49,134 nucleotides of DNA from Planctomycetota bacterium (GTDB lineage Bacteria > Planctomycetota > UBA11346). The notes under the pieces were generated by a model that was not told the DNA's origin, ran no database searches, and worked only from the letters and a program-made list of their open reading frames with translations. The stretch is from positions 1-49,134 of the forward strand of contig JBBQSO010000037.1 of NCBI GenBank assembly GCA_038213805.1, in the 5' to 3' direction. Made by a program: the position numbers and the translations under genes. Shown in pieces: positions 16,170 to 26,506 of the stretch; position 1 is the first letter of the stretch, and the number at the start of each line of letters is the position of its first letter.

Positions 16170-17761
16170 TCGCCGGCGCTCTCAACCGGCTGTGGCACAT
16201 CGCCTGCCTGCCGGGCGCGCGGCGCTTCGCGGCGGCGCTCGCGGATCCGGGCGCCGTCCAGCGTGCGCGCCTGCTGGCGCTGGTGCGTCGCCACGCGTCC
16301 AGCGCCTTTGGCCGTGCCCACGGCTTCGCCGCGGTGCGCAGCGTCGCGGATTTCCGCGCGCGCGTGCCGGTGCAGGAATGGGCGCAGGTGGCGCCGTGGG
16401 TGGAACGCATCCGCCGCGGCGAGCAGCACGTGCTTGGTGCTGAGGCAGTGACGCGGTTGCTGCCCACCGGCGGCAGCGGCGGCGGCAGCAAACTGATCCC
16501 GTGGACCGCGGGTCTGGCCGGGGAGTTCGCCGCGGTGCTGGCGCCGTGGATCGCGGATCTCCAGCGCCGCCACCATGCGGTGCTGGATGGGCCGGCCTAC
16601 TGGTCGGTGTCGCCGCGCATCCCGGAACTCGCCGGCGGGGCGCTGCCGGTCGGCTTTGCGGACGACAGTGCCTATCTCGGCGGCGTGTGCGCGGCGCTGG
16701 TGCGGCCGCTGCAGGCGGCGCCCGCGGCGCTGCGCGGGTTCGCCAACGTCGAGGACTTTCGCTATGCCACGGTGCGCTGCCTGCTGGCACGTCCGGAGCT
16801 GCGCCTGATCTCGGTGTGGCATCCGTCCTTCCTGGGCCTGCTGCTCGACGCCGCGCGCACCCACCGCGCGCGCCTGTTGCGCGATGTCGCGCACGGTGGT
16901 CTCGATCTCGCAGTGCCGCCCGCGCTGCTCAGCACATTGGCGCCGTGGTTGGGTGCGCAGCCGCGCCGCGCCGCGGCGCTGGCCACCGCCGACTGGGACG
17001 ACGCGCGTCAGCTGTGGCCGCACCTGGCGGTGGTCAGCTGCTGGGCCGACGGCGCTGCCGCAGTGCCGGCCGCGGCGCTCGCGCGCAGGCTCGGCGGTGC
17101 GGTGCTGCAGGCCAAGGGGCTGCTCGCCACCGAGGGGGCGGTGAGCATCCCGTGGGGCGGCCGCACCGTCGCCGCGGTGACCGGCGCGGTGCTCGAGTTC
17201 CTCGCCGCCGACGGCACGCCGCACTGGCTGGATGAGCTCGACGACGGCGCCACCTATACCGTGGCCATGACCACGGCGGGCGGGCTGTGGCGCTACCGCC
17301 TCGGCGATCTGGTGCGCGTGGAGGGCTTCGTCCAGCGCACGCCGTGCCTGCGCTTCCTCGGCCGCGGCGATGCCACCGTCGATCTGGTCGGCGAGAAGCT
17401 CGACGAGGCCTTCGTCGCCACCTGCCTCGCGCAGGCGGCGCCGCAGGCCGGCTTCGCGCTGCTCGCGCCGGCGCCGGGCGGCAAGACCGGCTACATCCTC
17501 TATAGCGACCAGTGCGATGCCGACGTCGCCGTCAGACTCGAAGCAGCGCTGGCGCGCAATCCCCATTACGCCCTGGCGCGCAGCCTCGGGCAGCTCGCGC
17601 CGCTGCGCTGCGCGCTGGTCGGTGCCGGTGCCGAGGCCATCGTCCTGGCGCATCGCGCGGCGGGACGGGTGCTGGGCGCGGTCAAGCCGGTGGTGCTCGA
17701 CGGCGATCCGGAATGGGGGCGGCGCCTAGCCGCGGTTCACGTGGAGGGCGCGCCATGCTGA
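16166..17761 (+). CDS. GH3-family acyl-adenylate forming (acyl-amido) ligase
   Basis: PTGGSGGGSKLIP (P-loop TSGS-like), GLLATEG (YxxSE-like), TTAGGLWRYRLGDLVRVEGF, FLGR, GEKL. Confidence 0.88.
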   Translation: MIAGALNRLWHIACLPGARRFAAALADPGAVQRARLLALVRRHASSAFGRAHGFAAVRSVADFRARVPVQEWAQVAPWVERIRRGEQHVLGAEAVTRLLPTGGSGGGSKLIPWTAGLAGEFAAVLAPWIADLQRRHHAVLDGPAYWSVSPRIPELAGGALPVGFADDSAYLGGVCAALVRPLQAAPAALRGFANVEDFRYATVRCLLARPELRLISVWHPSFLGLLLDAARTHRARLLRDVAHGGLDLAVPPALLSTLAPWLGAQPRRAAALATADWDDARQLWPHLAVVSCWADGAAAVPAAALARRLGGAVLQAKGLLATEGAVSIPWGGRTVAAVTGAVLEFLAADGTPHWLDELDDGATYTVAMTTAGGLWRYRLGDLVRVEGFVQRTPCLRFLGRGDATVDLVGEKLDEAFVATCLAQAAPQAGFALLAPAPGGKTGYILYSDQCDADVAVRLEAALARNPHYALARSLGQLAPLRCALVGAGAEAIVLAHRAAGRVLGAVKPVVLDGDPEWGRRLAAVHVEGAPC

Positions 17762-18402
17762 GCCCGCGGCAGACCGGCGACGGCCCAAGCGGCCGCGGCG
17801 AGCAACGCGCCGCCGAGCACGTCGACCAGCACGTGCTGGCGCGTGGTCAGCGTGGCGATGGCGATGGCGGCGCCCCACGCCCACACCCACCACGGCCACG
17901 AACGGCAGGCCAGCACCACGCCGACGTAGGCGACGTGCAGACTGGGCAGCGAATTGTAACCCTGGTCGGCGCGGTGCAGCGCGGTGAATATCGCGCGGCC
18001 GAACGCATCCTCGGGCAGCGGCCCCGCCACCATGGTCAGCGGTGCGGCGAGGAACACCGCGTAGGCGGCGACCATGGCCAGCAGCGCGGCGCGCAGCAGG
18101 CGGCGATAGGGGATTGCGTCGGCGCACCAGGCGGCGAGCAGGGTGTAGGGTCCCAGGCTGAGGTAGACCGCCACGGACAGCGGCAGCCACGGCAGCAGCC
18201 CGTCGAGCGGCGAGATCCAGGCGGCGGGCGGTCGCGGGTGCAGGTGGACGGCCAGGGTGGCGACCGCGGGATAGGTGGCCGAAGCCAATCCCCACATGCC
18301 GAGCATGGCCAGCACGCGGGTGCGCCGTCGCGAGAAGCGTCCGTCCGGGGCGTGATCACCGCCGTCCGCGTCCTCCGCTGCTGTCGCGCCGCTCCATACC
18401 AT
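17737..18402 (-). CDS. PAP2-superfamily membrane protein (AUR1/IPC-synthase-like)
   Basis: Multiple TM segments; NSLPSLHVAY and TRQHVLVDVLGG catalytic motifs; true start may be 18306. Confidence 0.8.
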   Translation of the reverse strand: MVWSGATAAEDADGGDHAPDGRFSRRRTRVLAMLGMWGLASATYPAVATLAVHLHPRPPAAWISPLDGLLPWLPLSVAVYLSLGPYTLLAAWCADAIPYRRLLRAALLAMVAAYAVFLAAPLTMVAGPLPEDAFGRAIFTALHRADQGYNSLPSLHVAYVGVVLACRSWPWWVWAWGAAIAIATLTTRQHVLVDVLGGALLAAAAWAVAGLPRAQHGAPST

Positions 18403-18515
18403 GTCTCCACCTCATCGGCGCGGACGTGCGGTCAAGCTCCTGGTCCGTCCTGGCGCAGACGCGCGCGGCCCGCACCATCTGCTGCAGCGGCCCGCGTCCC
18501 AATCATGGAGGCCTC

Positions 18516-19124
18516 ATGAAACCGTTCCTGCGCGCACTCGCGCTCTGCTGGCTGCTGATGACCGCACTCGCCGCGGTCGAGGTCGAGGTCGAGGCCGCGC
18601 CCGATGACGGCCGCGCTGCCGACCACGCCGCGCTGCGCGCCCTGCTCGAGCGCGCGGTGGCCGCGCTGAACAGTGGCGACCCCGCGCGCCTGGGCGACTG
18701 CCTGGCCCCGGGCCTCGACCTGACCTTCGCCGACCAGCATCACTTACGCAGCATCGCCGAGCTCACCGCCTACGCGACCCGCCTGCGCGTGGAGCACGAC
18801 ATCACTGCGATCACCTTTGCTCCAACGAGCGACGGTCCTGCGCGCTTCCTTGGCGAAGATGTGGCCATCGCCACCGGCACCTCGCACGACACCTTCGTCG
18901 GCGGCGGAGCGCCGCTGGTGATCGACTCGCGCTGGACGGCGACGCTGCAGCGCAGCGCGGACGGCTGGCGCATCGCCACCCTGCACATCGGCGTCGACCT
19001 GATGGACAACGCCATCCTCACCGTCATCCGCCGCACCGCCCTGATGTGTGCGCTGGGCGCCGCGGTGGTGACCCTGCTCGTTGGCTTCCTGCTCGGCCGC
19101 TGGCTGGGCCGCCGCCGCGCCTGA
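18516..19124 (+). CDS. NTF2-like (DUF4440/SnoaL) protein with signal peptide and C-terminal membrane anchor
   Basis: GGAG RBS; AALNSGD, SRWTATLQR..DGWRIATLH; C-terminal TM helix plus RRR. Confidence 0.75.
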   Translation: MKPFLRALALCWLLMTALAAVEVEVEAAPDDGRAADHAALRALLERAVAALNSGDPARLGDCLAPGLDLTFADQHHLRSIAELTAYATRLRVEHDITAITFAPTSDGPARFLGEDVAIATGTSHDTFVGGGAPLVIDSRWTATLQRSADGWRIATLHIGVDLMDNAILTVIRRTALMCALGAAVVTLLVGFLLGRWLGRRRA

Positions 19125-19128
19125 CGCC

Positions 19129-20067
19129 GTGGACCTGCGCCACTCCTGGTACCCGCTCGGCCGCAGCGCCGATCTCGCCCGCGGTGCGGTGCGCGCTGTC
19201 GAGTTGGCAGGCACGCGCCTGGCGCTGTTCCGGGGTGCCGACGGCGCGGCCGGCGCCCTGCTCGCGCGCTGCCGTCACTTCGGGGCGGACCTCGTGCACG
19301 GGGCGGTGGTCGCGGCCGGCCTGCGCTGTCCGCTTCACCACCGCTGCTACGGCGTTGATGGTGGCGCGACCGGCGCCGTTGGCGCGGCCCAGCCGGCGCT
19401 GCCTGTGGTGGAACGCTGGGGGCTGGTCTTCGCGTGGTGCGGCCCACTGCCGGCTGCGCCGCTGCCGGAACCGGACGGCATCGCAGCCGGCCTGGCGACG
19501 CGGCCGTCCTTGACCATCGCCGACGCGCCGCTCGGGCTGATCGCCGCCAACGCCTTCGACACCGCCCACCTGGCGCCGGTGCATGGCCGGAACAGCGTCG
19601 GCGCGGCGGTGGTCACCGAGCTGGGGCCGCGGCGCATCCGCATCGCCATCACGGCGCAAGTGGCGGGCCGCACGCTGCGCGACCGCGCGCTGCGCGCCAG
19701 TGGGCTGGCCGCGGTGCGCATCGAGACCGATTGCTGGGGCGGCAACCTGCTGTTCTTCCACCACCGCGCAGTGGGCACCTGCACGCTGCTCGCCCTGCGC
19801 CCCGAGACCGCCGAACGCACCGCGGTGCACGCCGTGAGCATGCGCGCGCGCCCCGCCGGCGCGCTGGCGCCGTGGGACGGCCGCCTGCGCCTGGCGGTGC
19901 AGCACCGCGCGATCATGGCCTTCGCCCGCCAAGATCTGCGCGCCCTGCGCGGTGCGCGCAGCGGCCCGGTGGAGCCCGATCCGGTGAGCGACGCCTGCGT
20001 GGCGCGCTTCCTCGCCCACGAGCAAGCGCTGCCCAGCGGCGGCTGGGATGCGTGGGGGCGGTCGTGA
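19129..20067 (+). CDS. Rieske non-heme iron oxygenase
   Basis: SWYPL; CRH...CPLHH Rieske ligands; NAFDTAHLAPVH mononuclear Fe motif. Confidence 0.85.
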   Translation: MDLRHSWYPLGRSADLARGAVRAVELAGTRLALFRGADGAAGALLARCRHFGADLVHGAVVAAGLRCPLHHRCYGVDGGATGAVGAAQPALPVVERWGLVFAWCGPLPAAPLPEPDGIAAGLATRPSLTIADAPLGLIAANAFDTAHLAPVHGRNSVGAAVVTELGPRRIRIAITAQVAGRTLRDRALRASGLAAVRIETDCWGGNLLFFHHRAVGTCTLLALRPETAERTAVHAVSMRARPAGALAPWDGRLRLAVQHRAIMAFARQDLRALRGARSGPVEPDPVSDACVARFLAHEQALPSGGWDAWGRS

Positions 20068-21014
20068 GCTGGCTGTTCAGCGAAGCCCACCGCGATGAGG
20101 TCGCGCTGTTCGCAGAGGCCGACCGCCTGCTCGCGGCGCGGCCGCCCGGTCGCCTGGGACGCGAAGACCTGCGTGCGGCGACCGTGGCGCACGGCTGCGA
20201 CCTCGCCACCGCGCTGGCTTATCGCGCAGCGCAGGGCGAGCCGGCCAACGCCACCTTCCTCGCGGCGCTCGCGGCGCTGCCGCTGCGCGCCGACGCGCAG
20301 GTCGGCCACGGCCAGCGCCTGCTGTTGGTGCCGACCATGTACTACCGTGAGCGCCCGGAGCTGGGTGGGGATGGGCGCCTGATCGGCGCGATCGCCGCGC
20401 GCCTTGGCTTCACCGTCGAGACCGCCGCGGTCGCCAGCCTGGGCGCCATCGCGCCCAACGCCGCGGTACTCGCTGAACACCTGCGCGGCTGGGATCGCCC
20501 GGGCTGGGTGGTCTCGCTCAGCAAGGGCACCGCTGACCTCAAGCGCGCGCTGCTGGTCGAGCCGGGGCTGGCCGCACGCGTCGCGGGCTGGATCTCGCTC
20601 GCCGGCATGCCGGGCGGGACGCCGCTCGCCGATGCGCGACCGGGGCGGCCGATCGCGCACGCGCTGCTCGGCGCGTGGCTGCGCCTGCGCGGTGCGGATG
20701 GCGGCATGCTGCCGGAGATGGGCCGTGAGCACGCCTTCAGCCGCGCCGTGCTCGCGCTGCCCGCCGGGATTCCGACGGTCGATGTGGTGCCCATGCCGCT
20801 CGCTTGCCACCTGCGCAGGCCGGTGGTGCGCAGCGCCGCGTGGCTGGCGCGTAGCGGCCCGAACGACGGCTACGTGCTGCTCGAGGACGCCTGCATCGCC
20901 CCCGGCCACCTGGTGCCGCTGTGGGGCGCCGACCACTACCTGCGCACGCCCGAGCTGCCACCGCTGCTCTACCGCCTGCTGCGCTGGGCTGCTGGACAGC
21001 GCCGTGCGGGCTGA
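20064..21014 (+). CDS. Alpha/beta-hydrolase (lipase/acyltransferase-like)
   Basis: GTGA overlap; VSLSKG nucleophile elbow, GTPLAD, PNDG, ADH. Confidence 0.7.
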   Translation: MSWLFSEAHRDEVALFAEADRLLAARPPGRLGREDLRAATVAHGCDLATALAYRAAQGEPANATFLAALAALPLRADAQVGHGQRLLLVPTMYYRERPELGGDGRLIGAIAARLGFTVETAAVASLGAIAPNAAVLAEHLRGWDRPGWVVSLSKGTADLKRALLVEPGLAARVAGWISLAGMPGGTPLADARPGRPIAHALLGAWLRLRGADGGMLPEMGREHAFSRAVLALPAGIPTVDVVPMPLACHLRRPVVRSAAWLARSGPNDGYVLLEDACIAPGHLVPLWGADHYLRTPELPPLLYRLLRWAAGQRRAG

Positions 21015-21942
21015 GGCGACCGTCATCCCCGGCCGCCTCAACGCGGCGCTGGTGCTTGCGGTGTGCGCGCTCCAGATCGGACTGCTGATCTGCGCCTCAC
21101 GGTTGCACGGCTGGTGGCTGCTCGCGCCGGGCGTGCCCTTCGCGCTGCTCTTCCTCACCAACTACGCGCTGATGCACGAGGCCTCGCATGGCTCCCTGCA
21201 CGCGAATCCCCGCCGCAACCGGCTGCTTGGGGCGGTCACCGGCCTGACCTTTCCAACTTCCGCGACGATGATGCGCGTGACCCACGCCGTGCACCACCGC
21301 TGCAACCGCACCGATCACGAGATGTTCGACTGCTACTACCCCGGCGACCGCGTGTGGCTCAAGCGCGCGCAGTGTTACAGCATCCTCACCGGGTTGTTCT
21401 ACGTGATCATCCCGCCGGGGGCCTTCGCGGTCGGCTTCCTGCGCCCGCTGCTGCTCAGCGGTCCGTTCAAGCGTGCGCGCAGTGCGGCGGTGCTGTTCGA
21501 CGACTTCACCGCCGCTGAACGCCGCCTGGTGCGCCGCGAGTGCGCAGCGCTGGTCGCCCTCTATGCGCTGCTCTTCGCCAGCGGCGCACTCAGTCCGGGG
21601 CCGGTGCTGCTGCTCTTCGCGCTCGGCGGCTGCCACTGGTCGACCCGCCAATATGTCACCCACGCGTGGAGCCGGCGCGAGGTCATGACCGGCGCCCACA
21701 ATCTCACTCCGGGCGCGCCGCTGATGCGCTGGATCCTGCTGAATGGGCACTGGGACCAGGCGCATCATCGCTGGCCGATGGTGCCGTGGATCCACCTGCC
21801 CGGGCTGGCGGCGGAGTGCACCGCGCCGATCCCGTTCTGGCGGCAATACCTGAGCCAGTGGAGGGGGCCGCGACCAGTGGCACGCCCTGGACCAGTGGCG
21901 CTGCCGAACGTGGAATGGCGGCGCGAGGAGGTCTTATCCTGA
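21004..21942 (+). CDS. Membrane fatty-acid desaturase family protein
   Basis: His boxes HEASH, HAVHH, HWDQAHH; TM helices; GTG start inferred. Confidence 0.88.
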   Translation: MRAEATVIPGRLNAALVLAVCALQIGLLICASRLHGWWLLAPGVPFALLFLTNYALMHEASHGSLHANPRRNRLLGAVTGLTFPTSATMMRVTHAVHHRCNRTDHEMFDCYYPGDRVWLKRAQCYSILTGLFYVIIPPGAFAVGFLRPLLLSGPFKRARSAAVLFDDFTAAERRLVRRECAALVALYALLFASGALSPGPVLLLFALGGCHWSTRQYVTHAWSRREVMTGAHNLTPGAPLMRWILLNGHWDQAHHRWPMVPWIHLPGLAAECTAPIPFWRQYLSQWRGPRPVARPGPVALPNVEWRREEVLS

Positions 21943-21996
21943 GCTGGGGCGGGATCGCCGTGGCGCGAGGAATCAGTCTGGCGCGCTCTTAGGAAA

Positions 21997-22030
21997 CGAC
22001 GCACCCCCGGTGGTCGCCGGGGGTGCGTCG
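21997..22030. terminator. Hairpin between convergent genes (probable terminator)
   Basis: CGACGCACCCCCGG-TGGTCG-CCGGGGGTGCGTCG. Confidence 0.6.
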
Positions 22031-22049
22031 ATCGCGCACATGCGGGAGG

Positions 22050-22340
22050 TTACTTCCCGGCCGCTTCCTGGGCGATGGTCTTGTCGTCCATCGCAGCCTT
22101 GACGTACTTCGCCGGGTCCTTCTTGATCTTGGTGGCCGAACCTTCCGAGCACACGCCGATCCAGATGGTCTTGCCGTCGGCGGTCTTGGCCTCGACCGGC
22201 GGGATGCTGGGGTCGATCTTCTTGCCCGAGATCGGGCACACGGTGTTCACCGGCTTGTGCTCATCGGCGGCGTCGGCGGCCCAGGCGGTGGCGCCGAACG
22301 AGAGCGTGACGAGCAGGCAGAGCGAGGAGCAGAGGCGCAT
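22050..22340 (-). CDS. Small secreted YHS/TRASH-like protein (96 aa)
   Basis: Signal peptide; NTVCPISGKKID...IGVCSEGS..KIKKDPAKY. Confidence 0.7.
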   Translation of the reverse strand: MRLCSSLCLLVTLSFGATAWAADAADEHKPVNTVCPISGKKIDPSIPPVEAKTADGKTIWIGVCSEGSATKIKKDPAKYVKAAMDDKTIAQEAAGK

Positions 22341-22530
22341 GGGGTTTCCTTGGTCGGAAGATGGAGGTGACGGAAGCGCTTGGCCGGTCCGGAGGGATCC
22401 GACTCGGCAGCAGGATATGCACGCAGGAGTCAGGGCCAAAGGGAAACCACGTCCTCGTGGCGCAGCGGCCGTGGGTCTCTGACAATGGCGTCGGCACACG
22501 GCCAGCACGCCCGTGCGTGGCCGCGGACGC

Positions 22531-23910
22531 TCAGCCCAGCTGGGTCAGGAACTTCGTTCCGATCCCGATCGGCTTCTCCAGCGGGATGCCCGCAGCGACC
22601 AGCAGCGAGCTGACCAGGTCACCCTGGTTGCCCTGGCAGTCCGGCACAAAGCGGCCCGGCCGGATGGTGCCGCCGCCCTTGCCGGCGATGATTGCGGGCA
22701 GGTTCTTGCGCGCGTGCTTGTTGCCGTCCTCCAGACCTGAGCCCCACATCATGATGCTGTGGTCAAGCAGCGTGCCGTCGCCCTCGCGCAGCTCGTGCAT
22801 GCGGGTGACGATGTGCGCAAACTGCGCGATGTTGAACTGGTTGATCTTGGTGAGCTTGTCGACCTTGACGGGGTCGAAGTTGTGGTGGGTGAGCGAGTGG
22901 TGCTCGTCGGTAAAGCCCAGCTCGGGGTAGGAGATCCCGTTGGGGGTCGAACCGATGAGCGTGGCCACGCGCGTGGTGTCGGTCTGGAAGGCGAGCACGA
23001 TCAGGTCGCCCATCACCCGCATGTACTCGCTCAACTTCGGCTTGCCCTCCGGGATGTCGACGTGGATGGTCGCCGACGCGCTGCCGTCCGCGGCGGCCGC
23101 GGCGCGCGCCGCGGCGGTCTGCTGCTGCCGCTCCAGGGCGGCGACGCGCCGCTCAAGGGTGCGGATGCCCTCCAGGTACTCGTCGAGCTTGCGCTGGTCG
23201 CCGCCACTCAGGCCGCCGCGCAGGTCCTTGGCGCCGCCCAGCACGAGATCGAGCATGCTGCGGTCGAGGTCGTCGCCGGCGGTCGCGCCGCGGCCCAGTG
23301 CCGCCGCGGTCAGCGGCCGTGAGGTGAACAACCGCTTGAAGGCGTTCGCGGGACTGGTCTCGGCCGGCACCGGCTGGGTCGACGAGCTGAAGCTGCAGTG
23401 CGAATAATAGTTCTCGTTCAACCCCTCCTGGTTCTCTTTGTGGTTCTGCGGCATGGTCGCCAGTTCGAGCGACGGCAGCGCGGTGTTGGCGCCGATGTGG
23501 TTGGCCGCGATCTGGTCGGCGGAGATGGCGATGTGGATGGTGTCGCGCCGATGGACGTCCGGCAGGGTCGCGGTCAGCCAGGTGGACAGCTCAAGCGCGT
23601 GCGGCGCGCCGCCCAGGCCGGTGATCGGCACGCCTTCGATGCCTTTCAACGCCAGACACTGGCCCATCAGCGGGCGCAGCGCGTCCCAGGCCGGTGGCGG
23701 TGCCGTCAGGAAGGTGGCGGGATCGGTCGGCCAGAATGCCGTCTCGATGACGCCGTGCGGCATGTACATGAAGCCGAGGCGCACCGGCGGCTTCCACGCG
23801 GTGCCCGAGGGCGGGTCAGCCCAGCCCATGGTCTCGAGCAGGGGCAGGGCCAGCGCCACGCCCAGGCCCTTGAGGCAGGTGCGGCGGTCGATCAGCCAGT
23901 TCTTGCGCAT
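22531..23910 (-). CDS. DUF1552 family protein
   Basis: Tat-like [59 protein letters not shown]. Confidence 0.9.
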   Translation of the reverse strand: MRKNWLIDRRTCLKGLGVALALPLLETMGWADPPSGTAWKPPVRLGFMYMPHGVIETAFWPTDPATFLTAPPPAWDALRPLMGQCLALKGIEGVPITGLGGAPHALELSTWLTATLPDVHRRDTIHIAISADQIAANHIGANTALPSLELATMPQNHKENQEGLNENYYSHCSFSSSTQPVPAETSPANAFKRLFTSRPLTAAALGRGATAGDDLDRSMLDLVLGGAKDLRGGLSGGDQRKLDEYLEGIRTLERRVAALERQQQTAAARAAAAADGSASATIHVDIPEGKPKLSEYMRVMGDLIVLAFQTDTTRVATLIGSTPNGISYPELGFTDEHHSLTHHNFDPVKVDKLTKINQFNIAQFAHIVTRMHELREGDGTLLDHSIMMWGSGLEDGNKHARKNLPAIIAGKGGGTIRPGRFVPDCQGNQGDLVSSLLVAAGIPLEKPIGIGTKFLTQLG

Positions 23911-23927
23911 GGGTTGGTCTCCAGGGC

Positions 23928-25949
23928 TCAGTCGGCGAGACGGCGGTTGAGGAAGGGATAACTGGTGACCACCGCCATGACCAAGCTCTGCAGGCGGTAG
24001 CCGTCGTTGGCGATGGCCGCGGTCAGCTGATCGACCACGACTTCGTCATAACCTTCGAGCTGGCGGCACAGCGCATAGGCGAGCAGGCGGCCGGTGAGGT
24101 TGCGACAGAAATCGTCCTGGCGGCCCGCGATGATGCGCTTGAGCTCGGCGGGCGAGGTGAAGCGCTGATCACCCGGCAGCTCGCCGCTGGCGTCGACCGC
24201 GCCGCCGGCCTCGTCCTGCGTGCGCCAGCGTCCGATGGCGTCGAAGTTCTCCAGGCCGAAACCGATCGGGTCGAGGATCTTGTGGCAGCTCGCGCAGACC
24301 GCGTCGCTGCGGTGCAGCTCGGTACGCTGGCGCAAGGTGAGGTGGGCGACCTTCGCGGGATCCTGTTTGTCGAGCGGCGGCACGTTGGGCGGCGGTGGCG
24401 GAGTGGACTCGCCCAGCACCTGCTCCAGCACCCACACGCCCCGCTTGACCGGGCTGGTGCGGTTGGGGAACGACGTCATCGCCAGGATCGCCGGCATCGC
24501 CAGGATGCCGCCGCGGTTGGCGTCACGCAGCGCGACGCGGCGCAGCTGCGGGCCGCTGGCCGCGTCCGGGATGCCGTAGACCGCCGCCAGCGGTCCGTTG
24601 AGGAAGGTGTAATCACAGTCGATCAGCTCGCGCACGCTGCGGTCGCCGCGCAGCACGCTGTCGAACAGCAGGCGCGCCTCGTCGTACATGGCGGTGCGCA
24701 GCTCACGGGTCATCTGCGGGAACTTGCGCTCGTCGAAGGCCTTGTCCGCGAGCTTGTCGATGCCCAGCCACTGCGCGCCGAAGCCGTCGAACAGCGCACG
24801 GGCGCGCGGATCGGCGAGCAGCCGGCGCACCTGCGCGGCGAGCACCGCCGGCTGGTGCAGCGTGCCGGCGTCGGCGAGGCGGTCGAGCTCGTCATCGGGC
24901 ATGGTCGCCCACAACAGATAGGACAGCCGGGCGGCGAGCTGGTGGTCGCCGAGCGGAACGATCGTCGCGCCGGCGGCCACCGGCGCATCGGGCGTGATGA
25001 AGAGGAACTGCGGCGACACCAGCACCGCCTTCAGCATCAGCCGCACCGCTTCGCTGAACGGCGCGCCCCGGGCGTCGGCGAGGGCGAAGACCTTGAGCAG
25101 CACGTCCAGCTCGCCGGCAGTTGGCGGCCGACGGTACGCACGCCGCGCCACCTGCGCGGCGATGGCGCGCGCCGCCTCCGCCGTGCCGGAGCGCGCAGCG
25201 GGCAGCGCCGGGATCAGCCGCAGCTGGGCCGCGGTGGGCGGTGCGCCCGGCGGTGCGATGACCTGGTCAAGCACCGCACCGGCGACCAGCAGGTATTCCT
25301 CCATCAGCAGCGGCGAGATGGTGTTGGTGTAGCCGGCGCCGAAGATCTCGTCTGGCAGATCCTTCGCGATCTGCGGGTCGACGTCGAAGAGGTCGTGCAG
25401 CGAGTTGGCGTACTCCACCTTCGACAAGCGGCGGATGACGAAGGTACCGGGATCGCGCGGGCTGAGGTGCTTGAGGCTGGCCACCCACGTGGCGATCACC
25501 GCGCGCTCGTGCTCGGCGGGCTGTTTCTCCGCCTGCTCCGGCGGCATGTCCTGGGCATGGATCTTGGTGATCGCGAGCTTCCACAGCGGCCGGTAGGCGA
25601 CGGCGAAGGGATCCTTCAGCGCGTTGACGAAGGTGAAGTCGCCCTTGCGCTTATTCTCGCCGTGGCAGCGCTCACAGTAGGTCATCACGAACGGGGAGAT
25701 GTCGTGGTCGAAGGCCTGTCTGGCACTGGCGCGAAGGGCGTCACTGGTCGCTTCCACCGCAGGCTCGGCCGCCAGCGCTGCCGCACTGCCCATCGCCAGC
25801 AGCGTCACCAGCGCCGTGACCGCCAGCCGGGTGTGTCCGGGGCGCCATGAGCGGGCGCGCGCTGCACGGCGGAGGACCATGCAAAGGATTACCGCCCGCG
25901 CAGATAACGTTGAGGAGTCGACGCCAGCGACGGGGTGTGTGATAGTCAT
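23928..25949 (-). CDS. DUF1592/DUF1588/DUF1585-type planctomycete cytochrome c protein
   Basis: CERCH and CASCH heme motifs; [45 protein letters not shown]; start uncertain. Confidence 0.9.
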   Translation of the reverse strand: MTITHPVAGVDSSTLSARAVILCMVLRRAARARSWRPGHTRLAVTALVTLLAMGSAAALAAEPAVEATSDALRASARQAFDHDISPFVMTYCERCHGENKRKGDFTFVNALKDPFAVAYRPLWKLAITKIHAQDMPPEQAEKQPAEHERAVIATWVASLKHLSPRDPGTFVIRRLSKVEYANSLHDLFDVDPQIAKDLPDEIFGAGYTNTISPLLMEEYLLVAGAVLDQVIAPPGAPPTAAQLRLIPALPAARSGTAEAARAIAAQVARRAYRRPPTAGELDVLLKVFALADARGAPFSEAVRLMLKAVLVSPQFLFITPDAPVAAGATIVPLGDHQLAARLSYLLWATMPDDELDRLADAGTLHQPAVLAAQVRRLLADPRARALFDGFGAQWLGIDKLADKAFDERKFPQMTRELRTAMYDEARLLFDSVLRGDRSVRELIDCDYTFLNGPLAAVYGIPDAASGPQLRRVALRDANRGGILAMPAILAMTSFPNRTSPVKRGVWVLEQVLGESTPPPPPNVPPLDKQDPAKVAHLTLRQRTELHRSDAVCASCHKILDPIGFGLENFDAIGRWRTQDEAGGAVDASGELPGDQRFTSPAELKRIIAGRQDDFCRNLTGRLLAYALCRQLEGYDEVVVDQLTAAIANDGYRLQSLVMAVVTSYPFLNRRLAD

Positions 25950-26506
25950 GACGCCAAGCAGTACGGCGCCCGAAATCAGGCCCTGGTCGCCGCGCCTGAG
26001 GCCAAGGCGCTGGATGATTTGGCCAATTCGGAAGCAGCGATGCGCTCACCCGGGCCATGGCGGAAGCATGGCCTCGCCAGTCCTCCCAGATGATGCAGCC
26101 GATTCAGGTGGGCAGCGACCGCACGCCCTCATCGGCGTGCATTGCTGTGCGATGTGGCACCCTGCTCCGAAGTCGCCCAGCGCGTGATGGGGCATGCTGC
26201 GCGTCTGTGTTTCTCACGTCAGATCCGCACTGTGCTCGACAAATTACCAGGTTCTTCCAGGCACACGACGCAGGTTTCCGATCTTCGCGCACGGGAATTC
26301 AGGGGATGCTCGGCGTCACGGCGGACCGCGTGAACCGCGGCTCGCCGCTCGACGTGTGGGGTGGCGCCGGTGGATGGGTCCGGATCCGACGCAGGCCTGC
26401 GTCTCTTGGACATGAGCATGACGCGCACGGACTGCGGCATCTGATGCATTCCCGGCAGATTCCTGGTATGCTCTCCCGCAGACCTCACCTCCCAGCCCCA
26501 CGCACC

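Noticed and set aside
11574..21942. Hopanoid, ladderane or RiPP cluster assignment
   Set aside because: No squalene-hopene cyclase, no ACP/Fab genes, no precursor peptide or SPASM/RRE domain visible; product left unassigned
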